Below, piece by piece: positions 9,413 to 18,980 of a DNA stretch of 64,000 nucleotides. Origin of the DNA: an uncultured Candidatus Saccharibacteria bacterium (GTDB taxonomy: Bacteria; Patescibacteriota; Saccharimonadia; Saccharimonadales; UBA4665); NCBI GenBank assembly GCA_963743435.1, contig CAVUPG010000004.1, positions 176,238 through 240,237 of the forward strand, given 5' to 3'. Each line of letters starts with the position of its first letter. The stretch's first letter is position 1. Below the pieces are notes generated by a model that was not told the origin of the DNA, made no database searches, and saw only the letters and a program-made list of their open reading frames with translations. Made by a program: the position numbers and the translations under genes.

Positions 9413-11049
9413 TTACGGTACTAGTATAGCAAACTGAGTGCCTTCTGGCACGTCCAAGCCAACTGGGAGCGAGCTTGAGACGGTGAGCTGGAAGCGGTTC
9501 TCGAGATAGTGCCGCGTATAGCTTGCAGTCCCACCACTCAGATCAACCACCTTCGCCCCTGAATTGGGGCATCAGTCACGACACTCTTCGTCACATTGTA
9601 GCCAAGCTCCTTGAAGCGTGCTCGCTTGCGCGTCTGCTTTAGCCTGCGCCGATGCAAATACCATCACCGAGTGCATTTTCTTTTGTGAGAAAGCCATCTT
9701 TGAGCTGACTTTTCACATAGGTCTGGATTTCCGAGTAGCTAGAGAAGCCTGCTTTCGGTCGAACCACAGACAGAGTTACCCACCCTGTCAGTCGTAAGCA
9801 AATCATGTGGCGGCGTGGTGAGCCCAATGGATTCAATATTCGTATCGTTGATACGTCGCATGAGCGTAAAGAGTCGGGATGCCCCCTCAGTACTCAAGTC
9901 CGAATATGCATTGTTGCCGAACGCCTGCATGATACTATTTATTTTCGCTGGGTTGCTCAAGGTACCGAGTGTCAGGACTTTTTCCTTCAACGCAACGAGG
10001 AGTTGTCGCTGCCGCTCGCTTCGTGCAAAGTCTGAACTCGTGTGTCGAGAGCGAGCATATAGCAATGCTTCTTTGCCGTCCATTACCTGTACACCAGCTG
10101 CAGCAAGCAGCGGGTTGTTATGATTCTCCCAGGCCATGCTCGGGTCATACAACGATTCTTTGACGTCAACAGTGACACCATCGACCGTGTCGACAGCCTG
10201 TCTGAATGCTTTGAAGTCAACTAGCAGATGATAATTGATATTGATGCCAAGCACGTCCCCAAGCGCTTGATCTATAGAGGTAAATCCTGCCTGGATCGCT
10301 TTGGGTTCTGCCATCGTTGGGTCGGACTTGCCAAGGTAGCGATATTTGCCTGCACTGTAGGCGGCATTTATCTTTTGGTACTCACCGAAATAATTGACCG
10401 GCATCTTGACCCACAGATCGCGAGGCACGCTGAGTAGCACGGCTTTATTATTAACAGGGTCGACACTGAGCACAATAATAGTATCAGTCAGGTCAGAGCC
10501 ATCATGACCAACACCCCCTACGCCGAGAAGTAAGATGTTAACGCGACCATCACCTTCACCTTTGAGAAGATTCGGCGCAACTTTGTCAGTTGAGAGGGCT
10601 GCGACCGTCCCAGTACCTTGGAACACTTTGTGTGCTGCAAGATAGCCTTGCCACGCCATAAAACCACCACCGATAACAAACAGAGCGACGACAAAAGACA
10701 TCGATTGGATAATGAGCCGCTTGGTCCGCCTTCGTTTCACGATCTGCTTGGGCCTTTCAGGCAACTCGTACACTGGCAGCGAGAACTGAGGGCTTTCCAT
10801 TGTACGAGTCTGTGTCTGATTTGGTGCAGTCTGCGCAGCTGGCTGCTGAGTCACACCATCAACACTCACCCTTGCTTGAGGAGGTTGCCATGGTTGTTGA
10901 AACGCAGGTTGGGCCCCATTGGCTTGCTGCTGCACTCGTGTCTGCGGTTGTATGCTGCGTCGTACGGCGGGCGCAACGCGACTTACCCCATCTATTGATG
11001 TTGTGGAACGACGCATATAACCAGCGCTGCGAGACGTGTTTGTTTGCAT
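9413..11049 (-). CDS. LCP (LytR-CpsA-Psr) family cell-wall glycopolymer transferase with LytR_C-like tail; 3' part frame-broken
   Basis: ORF 9739..11049 has a TM anchor plus the LCP core (NILLLGVGG...DTIIVLSVDP...LLSVPRDLWV). The C-terminal continuation (VVRPKAGFSSYSEIQTYVKSQLKDGFLTKENA ... ELGYNVTKSVVTDAP ... KVVDLSGGTASYTRHYLENRFQLTVSSSLPVGLDVPEGTQFAILVP*) is spread over at least 3 frames between 9413 and 9840. Confidence 0.8.
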
Positions 11050-11172
11050 AATTATCTGTGACCAAGTATACCCGAGTATCCAGAGACGGTAAACCCCTTA
11101 TGGCTAGATTCTCAATTCTCTTTAACAGAGGTGAAGTGGCTATTTGCATATATTTCAAGTATAGTGGTCTTC

Positions 11173-11856
11173 ATGGATAATCACGACAAAGAGCCTCGCT
11201 CTTCTGTTGCTTCCGGCGGCCTAGATAAAACTGACGGTGTCTACCCAACACCAGAGCCATCGCGAGGTGAACGACTCAAAAGCACACTTTCGACTATTGG
11301 TATCCTGCTGCTTGCACCCCTCATAGCCGTGCTGCTAATTGCGTTCGTCTTCCAGTCGTACCAAGTCGACGGCCCCAGTATGGAAGACACCCTGCACAAT
11401 GGGGATAGACTGATTGTCTGGAAACTCCCTCGTACAATTGCTCGTATTACCGGGCAGCAGTACGTACCAAATCGGGGGGATATTATCATCCTCAATGAGT
11501 CAGGCTTATCATCATATGACGGCGGGAGTGATACCAAACAGCTCGTCAAACGGGTCATCGGCTTACCCGGAGATCATATCGTTATCAAAGACAATCTCAT
11601 CACCATCTACAACAACGACCACCCCAATGGGTTTAAGCCTGACGAGACACTCCCGTACGGCGCAAATGGCGCTATCCCGCCGACGCCGGGGAATGAATTT
11701 ATCGACGTACAACTTAGTGCAAACCAAATCTTTGTCTGCGGTGATAACAGGCCTAACTCGCTTGACTCACGTACATTTGGCCCCATCACAACTGATCAGG
11801 TTGTTGGCAAACTCGTCGCTCGTATCTTGCCCCTCAACCAATTCGAACGCTTCTAG
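11173..11856 (+). CDS. lepB: signal peptidase I
   Basis: Ser box GPSMEDTL, Lys box KRVIGLPGD and GDNRPNSLDSR. The ATG at 11173 (MDNHDKE) is preferred over the GTG at 11131. Confidence 0.9.
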   Translation: MDNHDKEPRSSVASGGLDKTDGVYPTPEPSRGERLKSTLSTIGILLLAPLIAVLLIAFVFQSYQVDGPSMEDTLHNGDRLIVWKLPRTIARITGQQYVPNRGDIIILNESGLSSYDGGSDTKQLVKRVIGLPGDHIVIKDNLITIYNNDHPNGFKPDETLPYGANGAIPPTPGNEFIDVQLSANQIFVCGDNRPNSLDSRTFGPITTDQVVGKLVARILPLNQFERF

Positions 11857-11883
11857 GTGCCCCGCTCTGCACCAAACACATGC

Positions 11884-12744
11884 TTAGCTATCAAGTGCCT
11901 CGAGTAGTTTTGTCAGCTCTTCGTCTGTTGTAAACGCCAACTCTATGCGTCCACCCTTTGCCATCCGATGAATCCGTACCTGCGTGCCGTATCGTTTACT
12001 GAGCTGTTTTGTCTCGGGCGTCTCATTGGCCATGCGTTTTTGTGCTGACTTCGTCTCAGTATGCCCGTCCTTAACAGAGTTTACATACCGCTCTGCTTGA
12101 CGCACCGACCATCCGTTCTTCGTGATTAATGCAAGCAACGCTGCTTGCTGAGTAGGCTTGTCTTTCAGTGCAAGTATCTGGCGTGCATGTCCCTCGCTTA
12201 TCACCCCATCTGACAAAGCTCGCTTACTTTCGTCAGGCAATTGTAGCAGTCGTACTGCATTACTCACCGCTGCGACCGATTTACCCAGACGCTGCGCGAT
12301 GGCGTTATAGTTCAGGTTGAATTGTTGGTGCAAGCGCTCTATTGAGACTGCTTGCTCTAGAGGGCTCAAATCTACACGCTGCACATTCTCAACGAGCGCC
12401 AACTCTAGGCGTTCGAGGTCTTTGCTTGATCTCACCACCGCCGGTACGGTGTTAAGACCCGCCAACTGCGATGCACGCCAGCGTCTTTCTCCGGCGATTA
12501 TCACGTACTGTTTACCGTGCGGGCTCACCACGAGTGGCTGCAATATTCCGTAGCGCTTTATGCTACCGGCGAGTTCTTGCAACGCTGCCTGGTCAAAGAC
12601 AGTTCGAGGCTGATCTGGATTCGGGGCCACATCTGCAATGCGTAACTGTTCGATACGTTCGCCCTTCTCTATCAGCACCCCGGTATCAAAGTTCTCCGGT
12701 ATGAGTGAACCAAGCCCTCTGCCTAGCCCTGACTTTGTACTCAT
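11884..12744 (-). CDS. parB: chromosome partitioning protein ParB/Spo0J
   Basis: 286-aa ORF with GLGRGLGSLI, the GERRWRAS box and an HTH, downstream of parA. Confidence 0.95.
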   Translation of the reverse strand: MSTKSGLGRGLGSLIPENFDTGVLIEKGERIEQLRIADVAPNPDQPRTVFDQAALQELAGSIKRYGILQPLVVSPHGKQYVIIAGERRWRASQLAGLNTVPAVVRSSKDLERLELALVENVQRVDLSPLEQAVSIERLHQQFNLNYNAIAQRLGKSVAAVSNAVRLLQLPDESKRALSDGVISEGHARQILALKDKPTQQAALLALITKNGWSVRQAERYVNSVKDGHTETKSAQKRMANETPETKQLSKRYGTQVRIHRMAKGGRIELAFTTDEELTKLLEALDS

Positions 12745-12820
12745 GATTTACTGCCTCGCATCATTTGTATCTACTATACCAGTTTTTCGACGTGAACCAC
12801 ACCACTTTGGGGGGTTTCTA

Positions 12821-13583
12821 TCAGAGGCCGGCACGCTGCACCACTTCCTGTGCAAGCGCCTTGTACGATCGAGCGCCCTTGCTCCATTTGTCATGTTCGA
12901 ATATGGTCTTGCCATGACTTGGCGCCTCTGCCAATCGGATGTTACGTGGTATTACTGTCTTAAATACACTATCGCCAAAATGCTGGGTGACCTCCGTTTG
13001 TACCTGCTCACTCAACACCGTTCGCTTCGTATACATCGTCAGCAGCACCCCGAAAATCGTTAAGCGAGGGTTAAGCCCCTGGCGTACCAGTTGTATTGTT
13101 TGCATGAGCTGACTGAGCCCCTCGAGTGCGAAGTACTCGGCCTGGACAGGTATCAGCACCCCGTTTGCTAGCTGTAAGTGCATTGACCGTCAATAGGCCC
13201 AGAGCTGGCGGGCAGTCAATGATAATAACGTCGGCTTGCACATTCATGAGCAAATCGGTCAGCTTTGTCTCTCTACTATCAACTGTTACTAGATCAACCT
13301 CTGCCTGTGCCAGCGCTCCGTTTGTCGGCAAAATGTAGAGGTTTTTGATGCGTGTAGCTAATAATACGTCCCCGACGGCTTGTGTACCAATTAGTGCATC
13401 ATAGAGTGTTAGCTCAAGACCCTCTTTCTCTATCCCAAGACTACTGGTGGCATTCCCTTGTGGATCCAGATCAACCAGGACAACACGACGCTTGGCGGAT
13501 GCAAGTTGTGCAGCCAAATTCACCGCGGTCGTCGTTTTACCAACTCCGCCCTTTTGATTTGTCACAGCCAGAACGAATGCCAT
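12821..13583 (-). CDS. parA: chromosome partitioning ATPase ParA/Soj; one frame break
   Basis: The N-terminal ORF 13071..13583 has the deviant Walker A NQKGGVGKTT. The C-terminal ORF 12821..13183 continues with ANGVLIPVQAEYFALEGLSQL. A 1-nt indel lies near 13160-13175 (AAA/GGGG runs). A strong SD (GGAGGAGG) lies upstream. Confidence 0.9.
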
Positions 13584-14050
13584 CGGTTATTACCCTCTTT
13601 CCTCCTCCAATCCTACCAGATATATCGCTAGTGGTAAACAAATTTATACCCAACCATATAGTACTAGTTCTATAGTACGCGCCCTATCGGCTACATTATG
13701 TGCGCATTCTATACTACTATGCCTAGTAAATTAACAGATGGAGAGATGCAATGAATAACCAAAGTAATTGCAAGTGGTTTGGGTGAGCTTTATTCACCCA
13801 ATTTGGAGCATGAATCAGTGTCATGCCGTATTGTGCGACATTCGCCTACCTCTAGGTGGCTATGATAACCAACCTTTGATCTTTGTATATTGCCCGTTTA
13901 GTAGATAAATCATTGACGAATGGTACACATGGTTGTTTTGCGATACAAAATGAAGCAATATTGCCTATTTTTGGCCCTAGCTGCTTCATATTGAACCTTT
14001 GCCATGTGCATAGACGATGAGAGCCGTACAATTTGACACAAAAAGAAAAA

Positions 14051-14078
14051 GCAGGGTTTGCGAGAGTCCCTGCTTTTT
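14051..14078. terminator. bidirectional intrinsic terminator-like hairpin
   Basis: gcaggg (14051-14056) / ccctgc (14068-14073) with an 11-nt loop. A-run on the 5' side and T-run on the 3' side, so both strands end in U-tracts. Confidence 0.55.
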
Positions 14079-14250
14079 CAATTTTTTTGAGTCGTTTTTG
14101 TTTTTGTTTGTTTGGTTTTTCGATTTTGACCAGCTGGTGCTACGAGAGCAAGAGCCTTGTGGCAAAATCTAAGCTTTAGTATGCGCTAACGCTAAAAATA
14201 ATGCAATAGTTTTTGTGCACATTTTTTACTCATGTGTGTATTTTCACCCC

Positions 14251-14261
14251 AGTTATCCACA
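14251..14261 (-). promoter_or_regulatory. conserved 11-mer TGTGGATAACT (DnaA-box core TTATCCACA), copy 1, orphan
   Basis: Exact plus-strand AGTTATCCACA in the AT-rich spacer between the propeller gene and parA. Confidence 0.5.
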
Positions 14262-14431
14262 TATACCCTGTTATTTATTGGTGTAAAAAGTAGCGTTGTC
14301 AGAATTATCTGAACCACTGGTGTAGTAACGCCCAGCTTGAGCGCTATATGTGAGCCAACAATAGTTACTATGCTACCCAGTACTCCATGATGTCGTTTGG
14401 GTAGTATAGCCTTATCTATTCTGACACGGGT

Positions 14432-17400
14432 CTAGAGCGAGATGTTTTGCTTTACACCGGCTCTACTAAACCAGTTACCGCCGTGCAGTAATGTTTGCAT
14501 AAGGGGGCCATACGACGTCTCAGCAATATTGTTAGCCCCCAGCTGACTACCCGCACTCGTTGCAACCCTTACACAAAAGTCCTTCCCCTTCAGAGCCGCA
14601 TTATCAACAGTTAGTGGGAGGAGCCACATCGCATCTTCACCAGCATACACGGTCGATTGGCTATTTGAGAAATTGTTCGATTCATTGTAGGTTTGTGCCC
14701 GAATAGTTCGTGAGCCGTCTGTAAGATCGTTACTGCCGGCTAACAGTGTGGTGGGGTTACCTAAAGTTGGGTTGTCATAATACCTCAATGTCGTAGCTGA
14801 GGTAACATCACTATAATTTCCACTAGTTACCGCGCTACAAGTTGCCGCAGACCCCCGCAGAGCGTACTGGAGCTTGAATGCCTGGCTGCCCGCGCTTATC
14901 CCGCTATTATCCACTCGTATGACAACGCCAAGATATACCGCTAATAAAGACGGCATGTCGTACGGTTTATTTTCTGGAGCTAGAGCCGACCCCGCTGCGA
15001 TTCCACCACTAACCGCGACTATAGGGGTAGTGTCACTCGTGTAGTCAGTTCCGTCACTGTAGTTTGTGCTGGTGTAGTCGGTGCCGTCAGATTCATTAAC
15101 ACTCGTGTAGTCGGTTCCGTCACTGTAGTTTGTGCTGGTGTAGTCTGTGCCATCTGACTTATTTAACACTGGTATAATCGTCCCATCCACTTTCATTGTG
15201 CTGGTATAGTCCGTACCATCAGATCGGCAATACGTACCACAACCGCCAATACTACCATCGCTTTTATACTTCGCTAGTAGCGCCACACTAGTGCCACCGC
15301 CGAAACTATACGTATACCCAGCTACTGCATAGCCACCATCGTTGGTTTGTACAACAGAAAATGCTGTGTCGGTACTATTATAGCCAAGTGTTTTGCTCCA
15401 GCTGAGCGTGCCTGTGCTGGTAAATTTAGCCAGGAACATGTCCGTTGACCCGTACCCGAACAATGTGCTCCCCACGACTGCATAGCCGCCGTCACTGGTT
15501 TGAACTAAAGGAAAACCATAGTTATTAGTACTGCCGCCCCAGGTTTTGCTCCAGCTGAGCGTGCCGGTGCTGGTGTATTTGGCCAGGAAGACATCAGTCG
15601 TATCTCCGCCAAAACTTTTCGTGTAGCCAGTAATGGCATAGCCGCCGTCGCTCGTTTGAACGACTGACTTGCCTTCTTCGGCTCCAGCTGCACCGCCCCA
15701 GGTTTTGCTCCAGCTGAGAGTGCCTGTGCTGGTGAATTTAATGAGACACATATCCTTGCTGCCGGAGGTGAAGCTTTGACTATAACCGGTAATAGCATAG
15801 CCGCCGTCACTAGTCTGGATAATGGAAGCACCCTGCTCGTAAGATGTACCGCCCCAGGTCTTGCTCCAGCTAAGCGTGCCGGTGCTGGTGTATTTTAGGA
15901 GGATTACATCATCCTGCCCAGCGCCTATAGTTGCGTTTGCTCGCCCAGTAAGCGCATAACCACCGTCGCTTGTCTGAACAATTGAATAAGCCTCCTCGTT
16001 ACTAGCCGCACTTCCCCATGTCTTGCTCCAGCTGAGGGTACCGGTGCTAGTGTATTTCAATAAACAAGCATCGTAGTTGCCGGCACCGTATCCTGAAGTA
16101 GAGCAGGCAATCGCATAGCCGCCATCGCTGGTCTGGATTATTGAATATGCAGTATTATACCCCCCATTTGTAGCACCCCAAGTTTTGCTCCAGCTCAAGA
16201 CGCCTGAGGAGTCAAATTTCGCAATAAATACATCGTAGTTGCTGGGGAAACTCCCAGTGTACCCCGTCATTGCATAACCGCCGTCGCTAGTATGTATGAC
16301 AGAGCGAGCGATATCAGAGCCATTACCACCCCAGCCCTCGGCGAATGTTACGCCCTGATCGTCAATCCCGTCGAACATACGATATGACTGCTGTGTAAAG
16401 CTTGCGGCTGGCGTCGTGATTTCAGGATATACCGTGTAGGTATTGAGGTCTGTGCCATCGCTCTTTACTACCTTGAAACAGTACGTGGTGTTTTGTAGGG
16501 TATTCTGCCCAACTAATGCAAAGTCCCACATGCCATCCTGACCAGCGGACACGGATGCGGTGGTAGTAAAAATAGAAGTACCGTACTCATGGTACGACTG
16601 TGCAATATTACTGTCTGCACTATGCACAGGATCGGCTGCGTTCGTTTGCAGGGGCAACCCATTACCCGCTTTAGGGTTATTGTAATATCGTATAGTCGTA
16701 CTATCAGTTACATCACTATATGTGCCCGAAGATACGGCGCTACATGAGCCCGCTCCGCCTTTTTCAGCATATTTCAGTTTGTAGCTGAAATAGCCTGCTG
16801 CCAATTGCGCACCCGACACATGCATATCCAGCCGGAGTCTAAATGGAGTACCGTCTCCAGGCGCAGTCGCTGCAGTATCTTGGCCTGCAAGTGCAGCACC
16901 AACATCGATAGCCGGCGCGGAGTTTATGAGGACAGTTAGTGTGCTCGTATAATCAGTACCGTCGGTCTTCTTTGTGCTGTTGTAATCTGTACCGTCGGCC
17001 TTCATGGCGCTGTTGTAATCGACGCCATCTGAGTGATGCGTGTAGGTGTAGTCGACGCCTTCGGTTTGCGTAGTGCTCGTGTAATCGACGCCGTCGGTTT
17101 TGACGATACCGGTGTAGTCAACCCCATCGGTTTTACATACCGTAGAGCAGTTAGTCATTGCTCCAGTGGACGTAAATTTCAGCAATAGTACTTGCTGATT
17201 ACTACTGCCGACGAAGGTGCTGCCAGCGATAACATAGCCGTCGTCATCTGCTTGAGCAATTGAGTATCCGTATGAGCCAGAGGCACCATCCCACTCTTTA
17301 CCCCAGCTAAAAGCACCTGCACTGGTGAGCTTAATAAGTATCACTGGGCCGCCACCCAGTCCAACCGCGTTCCCGTAGCCCGTGTATGCCAACCCACCGT

Positions 17401-18979
17401 CGCTTGTCTCGACAATAGACTCTGCAACATCAGTGTTACTGGTGCCCCATGTCGTACTCCAGCTAAACGTTCCGGTGCTTGTAAACTTCGCTACAAAGGC
17501 ATCAAATCCGCCTGCGCCGAAACTGCTAGTAGACCCTGCGATAACTAGCCCGTTATCACTCGTTTCTGTGAGACTATTACAGCCACTCGCTCCGCCCCAC
17601 AATTTAGACCAACTTAAACTTCCGGAATTGCTATATTTCACCAGGAACACATTACTACTGCCAGAGGTACCGGCGACCGCATACCCAGTATCTGATGTTT
17701 GTATGACTTTTTTAGCAATATCATTGTTGGTACCTCCCCAAGTTCTACTCCAACTCAGCGTCCCAGAACTCGTGAACTTCGCGATGTACATATCGTCTAA
17801 CCCCCCACCGGTGTAGCTGGTGGTTGACCCTACCATGACATAGCCCCCATCTGCGCTCTGAATAACAGAGTATGCCCTGTCATTCGAGGTGCCTCCCCAG
17901 GTTTTGCTCCAGCTCATGGTACCGGTGCTATCATATTTTGCTATAAATGCGTCAGTTAGGCCCGTTCCAAAAGAAGCTGTTTGCCCAACGACTATATAGC
18001 CGCCGTCACTCGTCAGCGCAAGGCTTTCACCAGTGTCATTCGAGGTGCCTCCCCAGGTTTTGCTCCAGCTCATGGTACCGGTGCTATCATATTTTGCTAT
18101 AAATGCGTCAGACTGTCCTGCCCCAAAGCTTTTAGTGGTACCTCCCACAGCATATCCGCCATCAGATGTCTGTAAGATGGTAGAGGCAACATTGTCTTGA
18201 GTCCCAGTGCCTCCCCACTTGTTGGCAAATGTCACATCACCACTATCAGTATTATTGAACCAGCGGTATGCAGATTGATTAAGTACTATAGATGATGTAT
18301 ATGTTAGTGTAGCGTACACATTGGCAATCTGCAGCGTATCCGCCTGGCCAGATGGGTTACCGCTCCCCTGTTTGACTCGAGTAATCTGAGCTTGCATACT
18401 GTCGACAGCAGTTTGATTCCATGAGCCGTTAAATGTAGCTGTACATGCCGTCCAACTATTGTATGCGGGGGTACACGTTCCTGCTGTCTGCAGCGTGCCA
18501 CTCACACGCAGATTGATACTGAGATCATCGAGAGTACCACCGTTTGCATTCGTGGTGCTCTCCGCATAAACCCGCACCACAACTTGGGTAGCGGTCGACA
18601 CATCTGCGGGGGATGTCAGGCCGTATTCTTCGACTTCACCACCGCCAGTACTTCCACTGGTAGTAACATAATCGGTGGTTTTATCGGTGGTGCCTTCATC
18701 CACAAAATCACAGTGCGTACCGCCCGCACAGGTACTATCGGTTGTTCCGCCTGTGGCTGGCCAGCCGGTCGTAACATCTGTATTCGGTACAAGCGTCACG
18801 CTAACTGCTGAACTGAAAATCGTGTTGCCGAGTAGCAGTCCTAGAGTTACAGTCAAAACTGCGACACCTGCTGATTTAACCGTGCGGTAGCGCCACCGCA
18901 TGTACCAATGCCATGCTGGAGAAACCATCAGCCTGAGGTTGTGAATTATTACTCGTAGAAAGGTGGAAGCGCTTTTCAT
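14432..18979 (-). CDS. giant signal-anchored repeat protein: 2 x [seven SBBP-like beta-propeller repeats + six 11-aa DG(T/V)DYT repeats + beta-sandwich module]
   Basis: Intact 1515-aa ORF. TM helix at about aa 36-58. There are 7+7 repeats of about 42-45 aa of the type TSDGGYAxxGxTxSFGxGxxDxFxAKYxSTGTLSWSKTWGG. The start codon lies 1 nt after the stop of the upstream fibre gene. Confidence 0.8.
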   Translation of the reverse strand: MKSASTFLRVIIHNLRLMVSPAWHWYMRWRYRTVKSAGVAVLTVTLGLLLGNTIFSSAVSVTLVPNTDVTTGWPATGGTTDSTCAGGTHCDFVDEGTTDKTTDYVTTSGSTGGGEVEEYGLTSPADVSTATQVVVRVYAESTTNANGGTLDDLSINLRVSGTLQTAGTCTPAYNSWTACTATFNGSWNQTAVDSMQAQITRVKQGSGNPSGQADTLQIANVYATLTYTSSIVLNQSAYRWFNNTDSGDVTFANKWGGTGTQDNVASTILQTSDGGYAVGGTTKSFGAGQSDAFIAKYDSTGTMSWSKTWGGTSNDTGESLALTSDGGYIVVGQTASFGTGLTDAFIAKYDSTGTMSWSKTWGGTSNDRAYSVIQSADGGYVMVGSTTSYTGGGLDDMYIAKFTSSGTLSWSRTWGGTNNDIAKKVIQTSDTGYAVAGTSGSSNVFLVKYSNSGSLSWSKLWGGASGCNSLTETSDNGLVIAGSTSSFGAGGFDAFVAKFTSTGTFSWSTTWGTSNTDVAESIVETSDGGLAYTGYGNAVGLGGGPVILIKLTSAGAFSWGKEWDGASGSYGYSIAQADDDGYVIAGSTFVGSSNQQVLLLKFTSTGAMTNCSTVCKTDGVDYTGIVKTDGVDYTSTTQTEGVDYTYTHHSDGVDYNSAMKADGTDYNSTKKTDGTDYTSTLTVLINSAPAIDVGAALAGQDTAATAPGDGTPFRLRLDMHVSGAQLAAGYFSYKLKYAEKGGAGSCSAVSSGTYSDVTDSTTIRYYNNPKAGNGLPLQTNAADPVHSADSNIAQSYHEYGTSIFTTTASVSAGQDGMWDFALVGQNTLQNTTYCFKVVKSDGTDLNTYTVYPEITTPAASFTQQSYRMFDGIDDQGVTFAEGWGGNGSDIARSVIHTSDGGYAMTGYTGSFPSNYDVFIAKFDSSGVLSWSKTWGATNGGYNTAYSIIQTSDGGYAIACSTSGYGAGNYDACLLKYTSTGTLSWSKTWGSAASNEEAYSIVQTSDGGYALTGRANATIGAGQDDVILLKYTSTGTLSWSKTWGGTSYEQGASIIQTSDGGYAITGYSQSFTSGSKDMCLIKFTSTGTLSWSKTWGGAAGAEEGKSVVQTSDGGYAITGYTKSFGGDTTDVFLAKYTSTGTLSWSKTWGGSTNNYGFPLVQTSDGGYAVVGSTLFGYGSTDMFLAKFTSTGTLSWSKTLGYNSTDTAFSVVQTNDGGYAVAGYTYSFGGGTSVALLAKYKSDGSIGGCGTYCRSDGTDYTSTMKVDGTIIPVLNKSDGTDYTSTNYSDGTDYTSVNESDGTDYTSTNYSDGTDYTSDTTPIVAVSGGIAAGSALAPENKPYDMPSLLAVYLGVVIRVDNSGISAGSQAFKLQYALRGSAATCSAVTSGNYSDVTSATTLRYYDNPTLGNPTTLLAGSNDLTDGSRTIRAQTYNESNNFSNSQSTVYAGEDAMWLLPLTVDNAALKGKDFCVRVATSAGSQLGANNIAETSYGPLMQTLLHGGNWFSRAGVKQNISL
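15025..15235 (-). repeat. in-frame 33-nt tandem repeat (6 copies, xSDGTDYTSTx)
   Basis: Encodes RSDGTDYTSTM KVDGTIIPVLN KSDGTDYTSTN YSDGTDYTSVN ESDGTDYTSTN YSDGTDYTSDT. Confidence 0.85.
16945..17140 (-). repeat. in-frame 33-nt tandem repeat (6 copies, KTDGVDYTxxx)
   Basis: Encodes KTDGVDYTGIV KTDGVDYTSTT QTEGVDYTYTH HSDGVDYNSAM KADGTDYNSTK KTDGTDYTSTL. Confidence 0.85.
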
Positions 18980-18980
18980 C

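Noticed and set aside
12784-12799. parS-like site TTTTCGACGTGAACCA between parA and parB.
   Set aside because: It matches only about 12/16 positions of TGTTNCACGTGAAACA, and only 4/8 positions are palindromic between the half-sites. That is too weak to call without knowledge of the lineage-specific parS.
13584-14431. Replication origin (oriC) next to parAB, suggested by an AT-rich 850-bp spacer with a perfect DnaA box at 14252-14260.
   Set aside because: There is only one perfect box. The best other candidates (TGTGCATAG near 14008, TGTGGCAAA near 14158) have 2 mismatches. No dnaA or dnaN gene is nearby. The same extended 11-mer recurs upstream of the three fibre genes 14 kb apart, which fits a regulatory motif better than an origin. 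A genome-wide GC-skew and DnaA-box cluster analysis would settle it.
15025-17140. Short regularly spaced repeats that could be mistaken for a CRISPR array.
   Set aside because: The 33-nt period is in frame inside a long intact ORF and encodes an 11-aa peptide repeat. There are no unique spacers and no cas genes.
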